A stretch of DNA of 36,466 nt from a virus (taxonomy: Duplodnaviria > Caudoviricetes): positions 1-36,466 of IMG/VR virus record IMGVR_UViG_3300020045_003272. One strand, written 5' to 3'. Below the pieces are notes generated by a model. It was not told where the DNA came from and ran no database searches. It was given only the letters and a program-made list of their open reading frames with translations. Positions within the stretch are counted from its first letter, which is position 1; each line of letters begins with the position of its first letter. A program made the position numbers and the translations under genes. Below are positions 1 through 9,133 of this stretch, one piece after another.

Positions 1-121
1 CGACTTAGTCATTATTTAAGCCCGTGTAATTGTTGCTCAAGCTGTTTAATATCATTGATAATCCGAAGCCCATCTTTTAAAGGCCTTTGGTTTAATTCAA
101 GATATAGTTTAGAGAGTTCGC
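1..121. repeat. Terminal direct repeat, left copy (circular-assembly overlap)
   Basis: 1-121 is identical to 36346-36466; the minus-strand ORF 12..143 stops in a TAATG overlap with the ATG of ORF 36073..36357 across the join. Confidence 0.97.
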
Positions 122-143
122 GCTCTATTTGCTCTTGTGTCAT
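12..143 (-). CDS. Small hypothetical protein, 43 aa (MTQEQIERELSKLYLELNQRPLKDGLRIINDIKQLEQQLHGLK)
   Basis: Manual translation; GAGG RBS; ATGA/TAATG coupling to both neighbours. Confidence 0.7.
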   Translation of the reverse strand: MTQEQIERELSKLYLELNQRPLKDGLRIINDIKQLEQQLHGLK

Positions 144-292
144 GCTACCTCTTCCAATGTAAGAATTGCAAAATTATTGCGTGTGAATTTACTAAGCATT
201 ATGCAGCACTTATCGTGAGTCATAGGATAGCTAGTGCAATAAGTTTTATTCTTAGTTTTGTTATTTATAGCGATAATATGATATAATCTCAT
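140..292 (-). CDS. Small hypothetical protein, 50 aa (MRLYHIIAINNKTKNKTYCTSYPMTHDKCCIMLSKF...)
   Basis: Manual translation; AGGAG RBS; first gene after the promoter at 330-358. Confidence 0.7.
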   Translation of the reverse strand: MRLYHIIAINNKTKNKTYCTSYPMTHDKCCIMLSKFTRNNFAILTLEEVA

Positions 293-329
293 TTTTAAAT
301 CTCCTTAAAGCTTAATTGCTTATGTACAT

Positions 330-360
330 AGTATAATAGATTGTTGTTGATGCGTCAACA
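330..360 (-). promoter_or_regulatory. Sigma70 promoter TTGACG-17-TATACT with operator-like palindrome TGTTGATGCGTCAACA (345-360)
   Basis: Consensus hexamers with exact 17-nt spacing; palindrome nearly identical to 870-885. Confidence 0.8.
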
Positions 361-367
361 GTTATTA

Positions 368-655
368 TTAGTTATTTACATTTATTTTTAATAAAAAATC
401 TCTGGCTTCAACTTCTGCTGTAAAGGCGTTGGTTATGCTAACAGATTGCTCAGCGTTATTATTTCTATATTCCGTTACATCTTTTGATAATTCCTCATCC
501 CAAACACGCAACTTCAAATCATCAAATGGAAATCCATATATTTTATTAATCTTTGACTTAAAAACTCTATCATAACAACCGATAGCCCAAATCTCTTTTC
601 CGTCTTTCATTATGTCTACTAATTCGCGCACAGATATATTTATTAAAGCTACCAT
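368..655 (-). CDS. Hypothetical protein, 95 aa
   Basis: ORF track; GGAGG RBS; TAATG coupling to upstream ORF. Confidence 0.75.
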   Translation of the reverse strand: MVALINISVRELVDIMKDGKEIWAIGCYDRVFKSKINKIYGFPFDDLKLRVWDEELSKDVTEYRNNNAEQSVSITNAFTAEVEARDFLLKINVNN

Positions 656-822
656 TAATAAACCTCCACTGGTTTATAGTTAGCCCAAAAAACAACTTTA
701 GTGTCATTTACAGGTTTGCAGTAACAACCAGACTCAGTAACCTCAATAAGCCTCGCAACGTTGTTTGTCTTTAGATTCTGAACATATTTCATAGCTTGTA
801 GTCTTTCTCTAACTGTAGTCAT
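655..822 (-). CDS. Small hypothetical protein, 55 aa (MTTVRERLQAMKYVQNLKTNNVARLIEV...)
   Basis: Manual translation; AAGGA RBS; directly downstream of the promoter at 855-883. Confidence 0.7.
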   Translation of the reverse strand: MTTVRERLQAMKYVQNLKTNNVARLIEVTESGCYCKPVNDTKVVFWANYKPVEVY

Positions 823-854
823 TTTTTTAATCCTTAATTAGTTGCGATAAACAT

Positions 855-900
855 ATTATAACAAACTACTGTTGACGCGTCAACAACTAAATAACATAAT
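855..900. promoter_or_regulatory. Divergent sigma70 promoters sharing the perfect palindrome TGTTGACGCGTCAACA (870-885)
   Basis: Minus strand TTGACG(883-878)-17-TATAAT(860-855); plus strand TTGACG(872-877)-17-CATAAT(895-900). Confidence 0.8.
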
Positions 901-962
901 ATTGAATTATTTTGACTTATCGGTAAGATGTTGTAATATATAGATTCAATATGGGGGTTATT

Positions 963-1010
963 ATGAATAAATGCGGTACTAAGAAAACTAAAGGCGGAAA
1001 AGGTAAGTAA
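963..1010 (+). CDS. Tiny basic peptide MNKCGTKKTKGGKGK (15 aa)
   Basis: GGGGG RBS; TAATG coupling to ORF 1010. Confidence 0.45.
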   Translation: MNKCGTKKTKGGKGK

Positions 1011-1246
1011 TGGCTTATTGTCGCCATCAATTTAGCTGTACGGGAAAAGATATTAACCCAATCAAAGATAAGATAAATAAATCTATGGCAGAAGAAGGCT
1101 TTAGTGAGTTGCCTTATGAGTCCAAACAATGGCGTATTATTGGAGATACTTCTAAAGCTGGAAAGGTTTTTAGGGTAGATGTTTTACTAACAAACGACAT
1201 AGAAGAACATAACAAATTTATGAGTTTAGCAAATGGCAGGCGGTAG
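1010..1246 (+). CDS. Hypothetical protein, 78 aa
   Basis: ORF track; AAGG RBS; overlaps terS start. Confidence 0.7.
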   Translation: MAYCRHQFSCTGKDINPIKDKINKSMAEEGFSELPYESKQWRIIGDTSKAGKVFRVDVLLTNDIEEHNKFMSLANGRR

Positions 1247-1634
1247 ACCTTTAAAGTTCAAAACAGTAGCAGAATTGCAACAAGCTATAGATGCTTACTT
1301 CGAGGATATGAAAACAGTATTATATACTAACGCCGAAGGCGTCCCAATCTATGAGCCACTAACGATTACAGGCCTTGCACTAGCATTAGACACAACAAGA
1401 CAAACACTAATGGAGTATCAAGAACGAGACGAGTTTGTTGACACGATAAAGAAAGCAAAGACACGAATAGAGAATTATGCGGAGAAAAGAATATTCGGCA
1501 ACGCTCCTACAGGCGCTATATTTGCACTCAAAAACTACGGCTGGCGAGATAAGACAGAAAATGAGTTATACGGTAAGGATGGCGGAGCTATAGAGCAAAG
1601 TGTCACGGTTAAATATGTAGACGGAGATGAATAG
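1233..1634 (+). CDS. terS: Terminase small subunit (P22 gp3 / DNA-packaging family)
   Basis: GRPLKF...YF...TITGLALAL...TL.EY...GAIFALKN.GWRDK motifs; upstream of terL. Confidence 0.92.
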   Translation: MAGGRPLKFKTVAELQQAIDAYFEDMKTVLYTNAEGVPIYEPLTITGLALALDTTRQTLMEYQERDEFVDTIKKAKTRIENYAEKRIFGNAPTGAIFALKNYGWRDKTENELYGKDGGAIEQSVTVKYVDGDE

Positions 1635-1738
1635 CTTGTTACAAACAAGGCTGAATCTGTAGAGTAAAATATTACATATCGGGATTAAAGTATCGTTTAA
1701 AACCGAGCGGAGATAAAAAAACTCAAATAAAGTGTAAC

Positions 1739-2062
1739 ATGCTCCCAAAAGAACTAAAAGACGAGTGTAGATATTGTAAGCAAGATAACACAGATGATGT
1801 GTGTTATTCATATTGGCAAGCTGAACAGTTTAAATGCCATAATGAGTGTAAGAAGGAAGGCGCAAAGGTTGAGGCGCACGAATGTCAAAAGATAGACGCT
1901 GATTGTAATGACTGCAAACACTTTAAAAGAATTAGTTCCCAACAGATAAAGGGAACTAGTGTTAAGTGGGGTGAAGGTAATTGTTTAAAGTTGAATAAAG
2001 AAGTTAAAGCGTTCCCTAAGTATTGCAGTAGTCATAGTTGTTTTGAGCATAGGTTAGATTAA
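1739..2062 (+). CDS. Cys-rich hypothetical protein (11 Cys; probable metal binding)
   Basis: CxxC pairs (CRYC, CNDC); TAATG coupling to terL. Confidence 0.7.
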   Translation: MLPKELKDECRYCKQDNTDDVCYSYWQAEQFKCHNECKKEGAKVEAHECQKIDADCNDCKHFKRISSQQIKGTSVKWGEGNCLKLNKEVKAFPKYCSSHSCFEHRLD

Positions 2063-3354
2063 TGACTGAAATAACAATCCCATCGGCATATAAATTCCTA
2101 AGAACTCCATCGCGATATAAAACAATGTATGGCGGTCGTGGTGGTGGTAAATCAGTAGGTGCACATCTTACTGCATTAATTATGGGAATGGAGCGGCCAA
2201 TACGTGTTGTTTGTGGTCGTGAGATACAGAAATCCATTAAAGACTCAGTGCATACACTCTTATCGGATATGATACGCCGATATAATCTAGAATGGTTTTA
2301 TACGATACAAGAAACTGTCATCAAAGGTAAGAATGGGACAGAGTTTAAGTTTCGTGGATTAAAGCATAACATAACCGATATCAAGTCTTTAGAGGGCGTT
2401 GATTACTTCATCATAGAAGAGGCGGAAAACGTATCTAATAACTCATACGAGGTATTACTCCCTACAATACGTAAGGAAGGCTCAGAAATATGGATTATCT
2501 TCAACGTAAAGAATATATCAGACCCCACGTATCAAAGATTTATAGTTAATCAAGACCCTGACAATCTTGTTAGAAAAATATCTTATCGTGACAATCCGTT
2601 CTTTCCTGCTGTATTAGAGAAAGAGCGTTTAAAACTTCTCAGCGATGACCCTGAGGCATATCAGCACATTTGGGAAGGTGAGCCGGATATTAGACGGTCG
2701 GGCGCTATATACGCCAAGCAAATGGCAAAGGCTCGTGAAGAGGGGCGTATTACAATCGTACCTTATGACCCAGCCTATGAGGTATTTACCGCGTGGGATT
2801 TGGGATACAGTAAAGGCAATGCAACGTCTATCTGGTGGTTGCAGTTTGTAGGCCGTGAACTTAGATGGTTAGAATACTATGAAAGGGAAGGGGAGTTTGT
2901 TCCTCACTTTGCTAAGGTAGTAAAAGAAAAGCCATACCAATATATGGTTAAAGGTCATTTCCTTCCGCATGATGGTGCTGCTGGAAATGTTCGGGGTGGC
3001 TCGGTAGTTGACCAGCTTGCACAATTAGGCATATTAACTACAACAATAGATAGAGCTTTGAATGAAGAAGTCATTGCAACACAAAGGGGCGCATTAAGTG
3101 CTATGCTTGAGTATTCTGTATTTGATGTAAAGAAAACAGAGGAAGGCGTATTTGGATTGGAAAACTATCACTTTGAATGGGATGAAGATAGAAGCCGCTT
3201 TAAGAATAAGCCACATCATGATTGGTCGAGTAACCCAGCGGATGCAGCAAGATATGCAGCTTGTGCTGCTGGTATAGTAAAGAATGGATTGTCACGTGGT
3301 CCAGTTAAATCGTTTCAGATGCAAAGTAACGGTTTGTCTTATATGGGCAATTGA
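2062..3354 (+). CDS. terL: Terminase large subunit, PBSX family
   Basis: Walker A YGGRGGGKS, Walker B FIIEEAEN, nuclease motifs AWDLG and HDWSSNPADAARY. Confidence 0.96.
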   Translation: MTEITIPSAYKFLRTPSRYKTMYGGRGGGKSVGAHLTALIMGMERPIRVVCGREIQKSIKDSVHTLLSDMIRRYNLEWFYTIQETVIKGKNGTEFKFRGLKHNITDIKSLEGVDYFIIEEAENVSNNSYEVLLPTIRKEGSEIWIIFNVKNISDPTYQRFIVNQDPDNLVRKISYRDNPFFPAVLEKERLKLLSDDPEAYQHIWEGEPDIRRSGAIYAKQMAKAREEGRITIVPYDPAYEVFTAWDLGYSKGNATSIWWLQFVGRELRWLEYYEREGEFVPHFAKVVKEKPYQYMVKGHFLPHDGAAGNVRGGSVVDQLAQLGILTTTIDRALNEEVIATQRGALSAMLEYSVFDVKKTEEGVFGLENYHFEWDEDRSRFKNKPHHDWSSNPADAARYAACAAGIVKNGLSRGPVKSFQMQSNGLSYMGN

Positions 3355-3379
3355 CAATGTGAAATAATAGTTGTACAGT
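3351..3379 (+). promoter_or_regulatory. Sigma70 promoter TTGACA-17-TACAGT upstream of the portal gene
   Basis: Consensus -35 with 17-nt spacer in the terL-portal gap. Confidence 0.6.
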
Positions 3380-3446
3380 TATAAAACTATAGACATTTGT
3401 CATAGTCAATCAAGCGCTTAGGCTGCTTTTACATTTAGTATTTAGG

Positions 3447-5564
3447 TTGGCCGTGTCAGATATTATCAAAAGAGCGCAAGATAACTACCAAAGAGATAAG
3501 TCTCATTGGTCAGACATCTACGACCGCGCTCGTGATGATTTAAAATTCCTTTCCGATGATGATAATGCCCAATGGAATAGTAAGGACTATGATGCCCGTG
3601 TAAAGACTGGTAGACCAGCTTTAACAGTAGACCAGTTATCGCAGTTTGTGCACCAAGTCGCAAACGACATACGAATGAACACTCCGACTATAAACATTAT
3701 CCCCGCTGGTACTGAAGCTAACATCGAAACAGCTAATATATTCAAGGGTTTAATCCGTAATATTGAATATATTTCTAGTGCTGATGATGCTTATGACACA
3801 GCTTCTTTAAACTCGATTAAATGCTCAATTGGTTTTATCCGTATTGACCACGATTATGTTAATGACAAGAGTTTTGAACAAGAGTTATTGATTAAACGGG
3901 AAGTTAACCCACTTTCTATATTGATTGATTGCGATTCTACTGCGTGTGACGGTAGAGATATGAAGCACGCCACTATATTAGATTCGATTCTAGTTAGTGA
4001 GTTTAAAAATCAATTTAAGGGCAAAGAGCCTAATAGCTTCGGAGAGTCAGATAGTAAAGAAAAGAAAGATGATGAATATGTAACTATTGCGGAATATTTT
4101 GAGTTTGATGAAACTACAAAAACAATCGGTATTAATGAATTAGGTGAAGTTGAAGATGTTATCGATGGTAAAGTTTACAAATCCACTCGTACTGTAAAAG
4201 GTAAGATAGTTAAGCGTTACAAGTTATCTGGTTCGGACGTGTTAGAAGAAACCACATTCCCAGGTAAGTATATCCCTATTGTGCCTGTATATGGTGAAGA
4301 GGCTTGGATTGATGGTAAAAGAAACATATTCAGTCTTATCCGTAAGTCTAAACAAGCTCAGCAGATGTATAATTTGTGGAAGTCTTTAGAAACTGAGCTT
4401 CTACAGAAACAACCAAACGCTCCTATTATGGTAGCTGAGGGGCAGATTGAGGATTATGCGGAAGACTGGAAGAACCCATCAAAAGCAATGGCATTGCGTT
4501 ATAAGACAACTGATGCGGCTGGTAATCCAGCACCTGCCCCACAAAGACTCGCACCTCCTACTATTCCGACAGGCGTTGTTGGTGCGGCGAGAAGCTCGGT
4601 AGATGATATCAAGGCAACAATGGGGTTATATAACGCTTCTATTGGTGCTCGCTCTAATGAGACCTCAGGCGTTGCTATTCAAGCCCGTAACCAAGAAGGC
4701 GATGTTGCCACATTCCACTTCAATGACAACTTAATCCGTTCAATCACACAAGTTGGGCGCATATTGGTTTGTGCTGCTCCTGAGATATACGACACTGCGA
4801 GAATAGTTCGTATTATCGGGGAAGAGGATGAGCCACAGGAAGTTGGTATTAACGGTCAAGTGGCAGAAGACCAAGAGGAAGTATACGACCTAACGAAAGG
4901 TATTTACGACGTTCGAGTTGTTACAGGTGCGCCATTTACTACACGTAGACAAGAGGCAGTTGCGTTCTTCAGTGACATAGTAGCTAAACAACCTGATTTG
5001 ATGCAGGTGATGGGTGATTTGTTATTTAAGAATATGGACTTCGCTGGCGCTCCTGCAATGGCTGAGCGTATGAAGAAAGTAATCGGAGCGGCTAATCCAC
5101 AATTACTGGAAGACGATAAACAGAAAGAAGTTGACCCAGAAAAGCAACAGATGGCAGTTGCTTTAGAACAAGGTCAGCAAATGATACAAGGGCTTCAGGC
5201 TCAGATGCAAGAAATGGCAACTGATGCCCAGACTGAAATAGACACGCTTCAAATGGAAATCGACAACAAAGAAAAAGAGTTGGAAATTAAAGCTGGCGCG
5301 GAAATAAGCAAAGTCGCAGTTGAAGAACGTAAGATGAAAATTGAAGTTCTCAAAGTACAAATTGAACGCAAGAAAGCAGACGACGAGCATAGGTTTAAAA
5401 TGGCAGCGTTAGCCATAAAGGATAAAGAGTTAGCTTTAAGAGCTGCAACAGAGGCCGCGAAGTTACAATTAGAGTCGGAGAAACAAGAGCAGGCAGAAGA
5501 AGCCTCGTCAAAAGAATTGGAAACCCCAATCGCTATGCAAGAGCAAGCGCAACCTTATGAGTAA
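3447..5564 (+). CDS. Portal protein, P22-like (TTG start, C-terminal coiled-coil barrel)
   Basis: 705 aa after terL; QW...R...GRP.LT, IP.VPVYG, SNETSGVAI..R..EG, G.YDV.V.TG..F.TRRQE motifs. Confidence 0.93.
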   Translation: MAVSDIIKRAQDNYQRDKSHWSDIYDRARDDLKFLSDDDNAQWNSKDYDARVKTGRPALTVDQLSQFVHQVANDIRMNTPTINIIPAGTEANIETANIFKGLIRNIEYISSADDAYDTASLNSIKCSIGFIRIDHDYVNDKSFEQELLIKREVNPLSILIDCDSTACDGRDMKHATILDSILVSEFKNQFKGKEPNSFGESDSKEKKDDEYVTIAEYFEFDETTKTIGINELGEVEDVIDGKVYKSTRTVKGKIVKRYKLSGSDVLEETTFPGKYIPIVPVYGEEAWIDGKRNIFSLIRKSKQAQQMYNLWKSLETELLQKQPNAPIMVAEGQIEDYAEDWKNPSKAMALRYKTTDAAGNPAPAPQRLAPPTIPTGVVGAARSSVDDIKATMGLYNASIGARSNETSGVAIQARNQEGDVATFHFNDNLIRSITQVGRILVCAAPEIYDTARIVRIIGEEDEPQEVGINGQVAEDQEEVYDLTKGIYDVRVVTGAPFTTRRQEAVAFFSDIVAKQPDLMQVMGDLLFKNMDFAGAPAMAERMKKVIGAANPQLLEDDKQKEVDPEKQQMAVALEQGQQMIQGLQAQMQEMATDAQTEIDTLQMEIDNKEKELEIKAGAEISKVAVEERKMKIEVLKVQIERKKADDEHRFKMAALAIKDKELALRAATEAAKLQLESEKQEQAEEASSKELETPIAMQEQAQPYE

Positions 5565-5569
5565 ACATT

Positions 5570-6370
5570 ATGTCTACAGAGGAAATTATTAATCAGGCTA
5601 TGGAATCAACAGTAACTGAATCACCAGTTGTTGTAGAAGAGCCGACTACTAATGAATCACAAGAAGCTTCAGAAGAAAATATATCTACCGAGACTTTAGA
5701 GTCCGATGATGTTGTTTTCCCAAAGAAAGCAGTAAACGCGTTATCTAGACGCGATAAAACGATAGCTAAACTCAAAGCAGAGCAAGCGGCTGATAGGGCT
5801 GAATTGCAACGTTTTAGAGAAACTAATAATAAACTACAAGAATCAAATGAACCTTCCGAGGCTGATTTTGAGACTTATGGTGAATATTTAGAGGCTAAAG
5901 TTTTACACAAGATAGAGACGAAACAAAACGAAGGCGTTAAGAAACAAGAACAAGCTCAATCCACTGCTAAACAACAGGAATGGATTGAGGAACGACAAGC
6001 TGTTTTGGCTGAAAAGGCTCAAGATGCGGTTAGTAAAATACCTGATTATCAAGCTGTATATGCTGAGTATCAGGATGTATTTGAGGACTTGCCAGAGCAT
6101 ATTAACCAAGCTTTTCTTGAATTAGATGACGCGCCTTTAGCTTTCTATGCGTTAGCAAAGGAAGGCAAGCTTGAGTCGTTAAAATCAATGTCATTATCGA
6201 AAGCCATTATCGAATTAGGTAAGGCAGAAGACCGTGGGATTGCAATGACGAAAGTAAGACAAACAACAAAAGCACCTACTCCATTAAGTGCCAATAAGGG
6301 TAACGGTATGGTGGGCAAATCTTTAAACAATATGAGCGCAGATGAGTTACTCAAATGGGCTAAATCCTAG
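5570..6370 (+). CDS. Scaffolding protein
   Basis: Acidic N-terminus, EP.E.DFE.Y.EY motif, KAP.P tail; lies between portal and coat. Confidence 0.85.
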   Translation: MSTEEIINQAMESTVTESPVVVEEPTTNESQEASEENISTETLESDDVVFPKKAVNALSRRDKTIAKLKAEQAADRAELQRFRETNNKLQESNEPSEADFETYGEYLEAKVLHKIETKQNEGVKKQEQAQSTAKQQEWIEERQAVLAEKAQDAVSKIPDYQAVYAEYQDVFEDLPEHINQAFLELDDAPLAFYALAKEGKLESLKSMSLSKAIIELGKAEDRGIAMTKVRQTTKAPTPLSANKGNGMVGKSLNNMSADELLKWAKS

Positions 6371-6382
6371 GAGGGATAGAAT

Positions 6383-7612
6383 ATGACTAATGTTATTAAT
6401 AATGTAAAAGACGTCGGGTCGATTATTTCTAAAATGGCTGCTGGAATGCTAGAAGATGAATTCCAGTTTATCAAAACTATAGATAAAGAAGATGTTTCTA
6501 GTTTTGGTCAGACAAATGGTTACAATAATGGTGATACTATCAATATCAACAAACCAGCTCGTTTTACAGTAGGTTCAACTGTTGATGTTACTTCTGGTAT
6601 TCAAGATGTAACAGAAGAAAAAGTTCCTTTGGTTCTTGACCAACGTGCAGTTATTGCTATTGAATTGTTATCTTCAGAGATTGCTACAGATTTATCATTG
6701 AAATCGTGGGCTAATCGCATCTTAAAACCTGCTATGTCAAGCATGGCCACTAATATTGAGTCATCTGTATTAACTACAGCTAAAAACGCTGTTTATCAAA
6801 GTGTTGGAACTGGTGGTTCTACTGTATTTGACACTGATACTATGCTTTCAGCTCGTGAAAAACTAAAGAAAAGCCTTGCGCCTTCTGGCGATTTATATGC
6901 ATTACTTGATTCAACTGCAGTTCGCTCTGCTGTAAACGCTCGTAAAGGCTTATTCCAAGATACTACTGAAGTTTCTAAGCAGTACAAACAGGGCGCAATG
7001 GGTCGTTCTGACGGGTTTACATTCCTAGAAAACAACCTTCTACCAACACAAACTAACGGTAATGATATCGTGTTTGAAGTTCGTACAACTGTATCGGTTC
7101 AGGGTTCTACTTCACTAGTGGTTGAGGCTCTTACTACTACGACTGGTACAGTGACTGCTGGTACGGTATTTACGGTGGCTGGTGTGTATTCAGTACATCC
7201 AATTACTAAAATTTCAACTGGTCAGTTGCAACAGTTCGTATCTACAACTTCTGTAACTGCTGATGGTTCTGGTTATGCTACACTCGTTGTATCACCAGCG
7301 ATGTACACTACTGGAACACTAAAGAATATTGCAAGCTTCCCAACTGATGGCGATGCAATAACTCCAGTTGGTGGTGTTTCAAGTGCTTATACTCAAAGCA
7401 TAGCTTATGCTCCTTCAGCATTTAGATTTGTATCAGTACCTTTGGTTATGCCTAATGGTGTTGATATGGCTTCTCAGTCAACTGTAAACGGTATTACGGT
7501 TCGTGCTGTACAAGACTATACAATCTACACTGATAAGATGGTGTTGCGTCTTGATGTTCTTTATGGATTTGCAGCGGTTCGTCCAGAATGGGCTTGCCGT
7601 ATAACTGCGTAA
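6383..7612 (+). CDS. Major capsid protein, P22 coat family
   Basis: GDTININKPARF near the N-terminus; RLDVLYGFAAVRPEWACR C-terminus; strong RBS. Confidence 0.95.
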   Translation: MTNVINNVKDVGSIISKMAAGMLEDEFQFIKTIDKEDVSSFGQTNGYNNGDTININKPARFTVGSTVDVTSGIQDVTEEKVPLVLDQRAVIAIELLSSEIATDLSLKSWANRILKPAMSSMATNIESSVLTTAKNAVYQSVGTGGSTVFDTDTMLSAREKLKKSLAPSGDLYALLDSTAVRSAVNARKGLFQDTTEVSKQYKQGAMGRSDGFTFLENNLLPTQTNGNDIVFEVRTTVSVQGSTSLVVEALTTTTGTVTAGTVFTVAGVYSVHPITKISTGQLQQFVSTTSVTADGSGYATLVVSPAMYTTGTLKNIASFPTDGDAITPVGGVSSAYTQSIAYAPSAFRFVSVPLVMPNGVDMASQSTVNGITVRAVQDYTIYTDKMVLRLDVLYGFAAVRPEWACRITA

Positions 7613-7619
7613 TTTAATG

Positions 7620-7642
7620 GGTGGGGATTAAACGTCCCCACC
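7620..7642 (+). terminator. GC hairpin after the coat gene (leaky terminator or mRNA stabiliser)
   Basis: GGTGGGGA-TTAAACG-TCCCCACC; weak U-tract. Confidence 0.65.
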
Positions 7643-7666
7643 TTCATAACATAAAGGGGATTTAAA

Positions 7667-7987
7667 ATGACTATAGGAATACCAAACGGAAATACAAAAG
7701 GTGTGTATACATTTAAGGCTACATTAACACCTTCAGCTGTACTTACTATAACGGCAGTAGAGCAGGATTTTACAGTTACAGGTGTGAAAGTTGGAGATGC
7801 GATATCAGTTTCTCCTCCAGGCGTTACAGCTGGTGCTGTGATAGTTGGAGCTAGAGTTAAAGCTGCTAACACTGTGTCTATGCAATTTGTAAACCCAACT
7901 GTTGGAAGTGTTACGCCTTTAGCTGGTGTTCATACATTTACTGTATTTAGACCTGAAGGCCAAGGCACAACAGTTATATCTGACTAG
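7667..7987 (+). CDS. Putative capsid decoration/cement protein
   Basis: 106-aa beta-rich protein (EQ.FTV.G.KVGD...ARV.AANTV...F.NPT) immediately after the coat gene. Confidence 0.6.
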   Translation: MTIGIPNGNTKGVYTFKATLTPSAVLTITAVEQDFTVTGVKVGDAISVSPPGVTAGAVIVGARVKAANTVSMQFVNPTVGSVTPLAGVHTFTVFRPEGQGTTVISD

Positions 7988-7995
7988 GAGGTATT

Positions 7996-8136
7996 ATGAC
8001 TACTTTAATAAAAGGTGATGATACCAAAAACGTAAGTAATGAAGATAATATAAAAATCCTCATTGCTAGTGGCTGGAGAGCACTAAAAGAAGTGAAGGAG
8101 GAGAAAATTGTCAAATCTATCAAGTCTAGTAATTAA
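7996..8136 (+). CDS. Small hypothetical protein, 46 aa (MTTLIKGDDTKNVSNEDNIKILIASGW...)
   Basis: Manual translation; AGGAGG RBS. Confidence 0.65.
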   Translation: MTTLIKGDDTKNVSNEDNIKILIASGWRALKEVKEEKIVKSIKSSN

Positions 8137-9130
8137 CCAAACTACTGATTTAACTAAAAGTTATACTTATACTAACTCTGTATTGTTAGCTGCTAGTGTA
8201 CCTGAATCCTTCACCGTCCCTACTGATGAGAATGGCCAAAAAGCAGGTTATGTTATATTTGGTTCGCCTGTTGCAACTGACTTCTATGCTCGGACATTTG
8301 ATGTGCAAGAAGCCACTGATAGGGTAACTAACGGCACGTTTGCTGAATACGTTACTAACGGTGCTTTTGCCTCTGATACGGGTTGGACAAAAGGTACTGG
8401 CTGGACGATTGCCGCGGGAGTAGCTACTGCAACTGGGGCAATTAGCACAGTTTTGTCACAGACTTCTGCAATTACGTTGATTGAAGGCTTTACCTATACT
8501 TTGACGTTTACTGTAACGGCTTTCACGGCTGGTACTGTAACAGCTTCAGTAGGTGGTACAGCTGGAACTGCTCGGGGTTCAGCGGCGACATTTACTCAAA
8601 CATTTATAGCTGGAAGTTCTCAGATTATAGCTTTCACTGGTGCTGGTTTTACTGGTAGCATTGATAACGTAACTGTAACGGCTTGGACTCTAGGTACAGG
8701 CTGGACTACTGACGGTGCAACGGCTATTGCGACTGGTGCTATTTCTACAGCATTAAGTCAAACAGCTTTATGGACTTATCCAATTGTTGCAGGTCAGGCT
8801 TATCTAGTGACATATGTGGCTACTAGAGCAGCAGGAACGGTTACGGTTAACGTAGGTGGTACAGCTGGAACTGCTCGTTCTACATCTGCGACATTTGCAG
8901 AGGTAATTATTGCAGGTTCGACTCAAGCTATATCCTTCACGACATCGGCATTTACTGGAACAGTTGACACGGTGACTATAGTTGCTGTTGCTTCAGTGCC
9001 TATTGATGCGACAACTGGGCTTTCAGCAGTAATGAATCCAAAAGGTTTTAAACTAAGCTCTACAGCTTCTACTGTTAGTGTTGTTAGTGCTGGTACGCCT
9101 GTTATAACTGCTAGTTTTTACAAAAGGTAA
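8108..9130 (+). CDS. Virion structural protein carrying two nested carbohydrate-binding-like beta domains
   Basis: Thr/Ala/Gly rich; two VTNG.F...W..G.GW copies that are homologous to a segment of ORF 15032. Confidence 0.75.
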   Translation: MSNLSSLVINQTTDLTKSYTYTNSVLLAASVPESFTVPTDENGQKAGYVIFGSPVATDFYARTFDVQEATDRVTNGTFAEYVTNGAFASDTGWTKGTGWTIAAGVATATGAISTVLSQTSAITLIEGFTYTLTFTVTAFTAGTVTASVGGTAGTARGSAATFTQTFIAGSSQIIAFTGAGFTGSIDNVTVTAWTLGTGWTTDGATAIATGAISTALSQTALWTYPIVAGQAYLVTYVATRAAGTVTVNVGGTAGTARSTSATFAEVIIAGSTQAISFTTSAFTGTVDTVTIVAVASVPIDATTGLSAVMNPKGFKLSSTASTVSVVSAGTPVITASFYKR

Positions 9131-9133
9131 TCT

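Noticed and set aside
1-121. Terminal repeat as a true physical DTR
   Set aside because: It starts and ends inside coding sequence and its odd length is typical of a k-mer overlap from assembling a circle.
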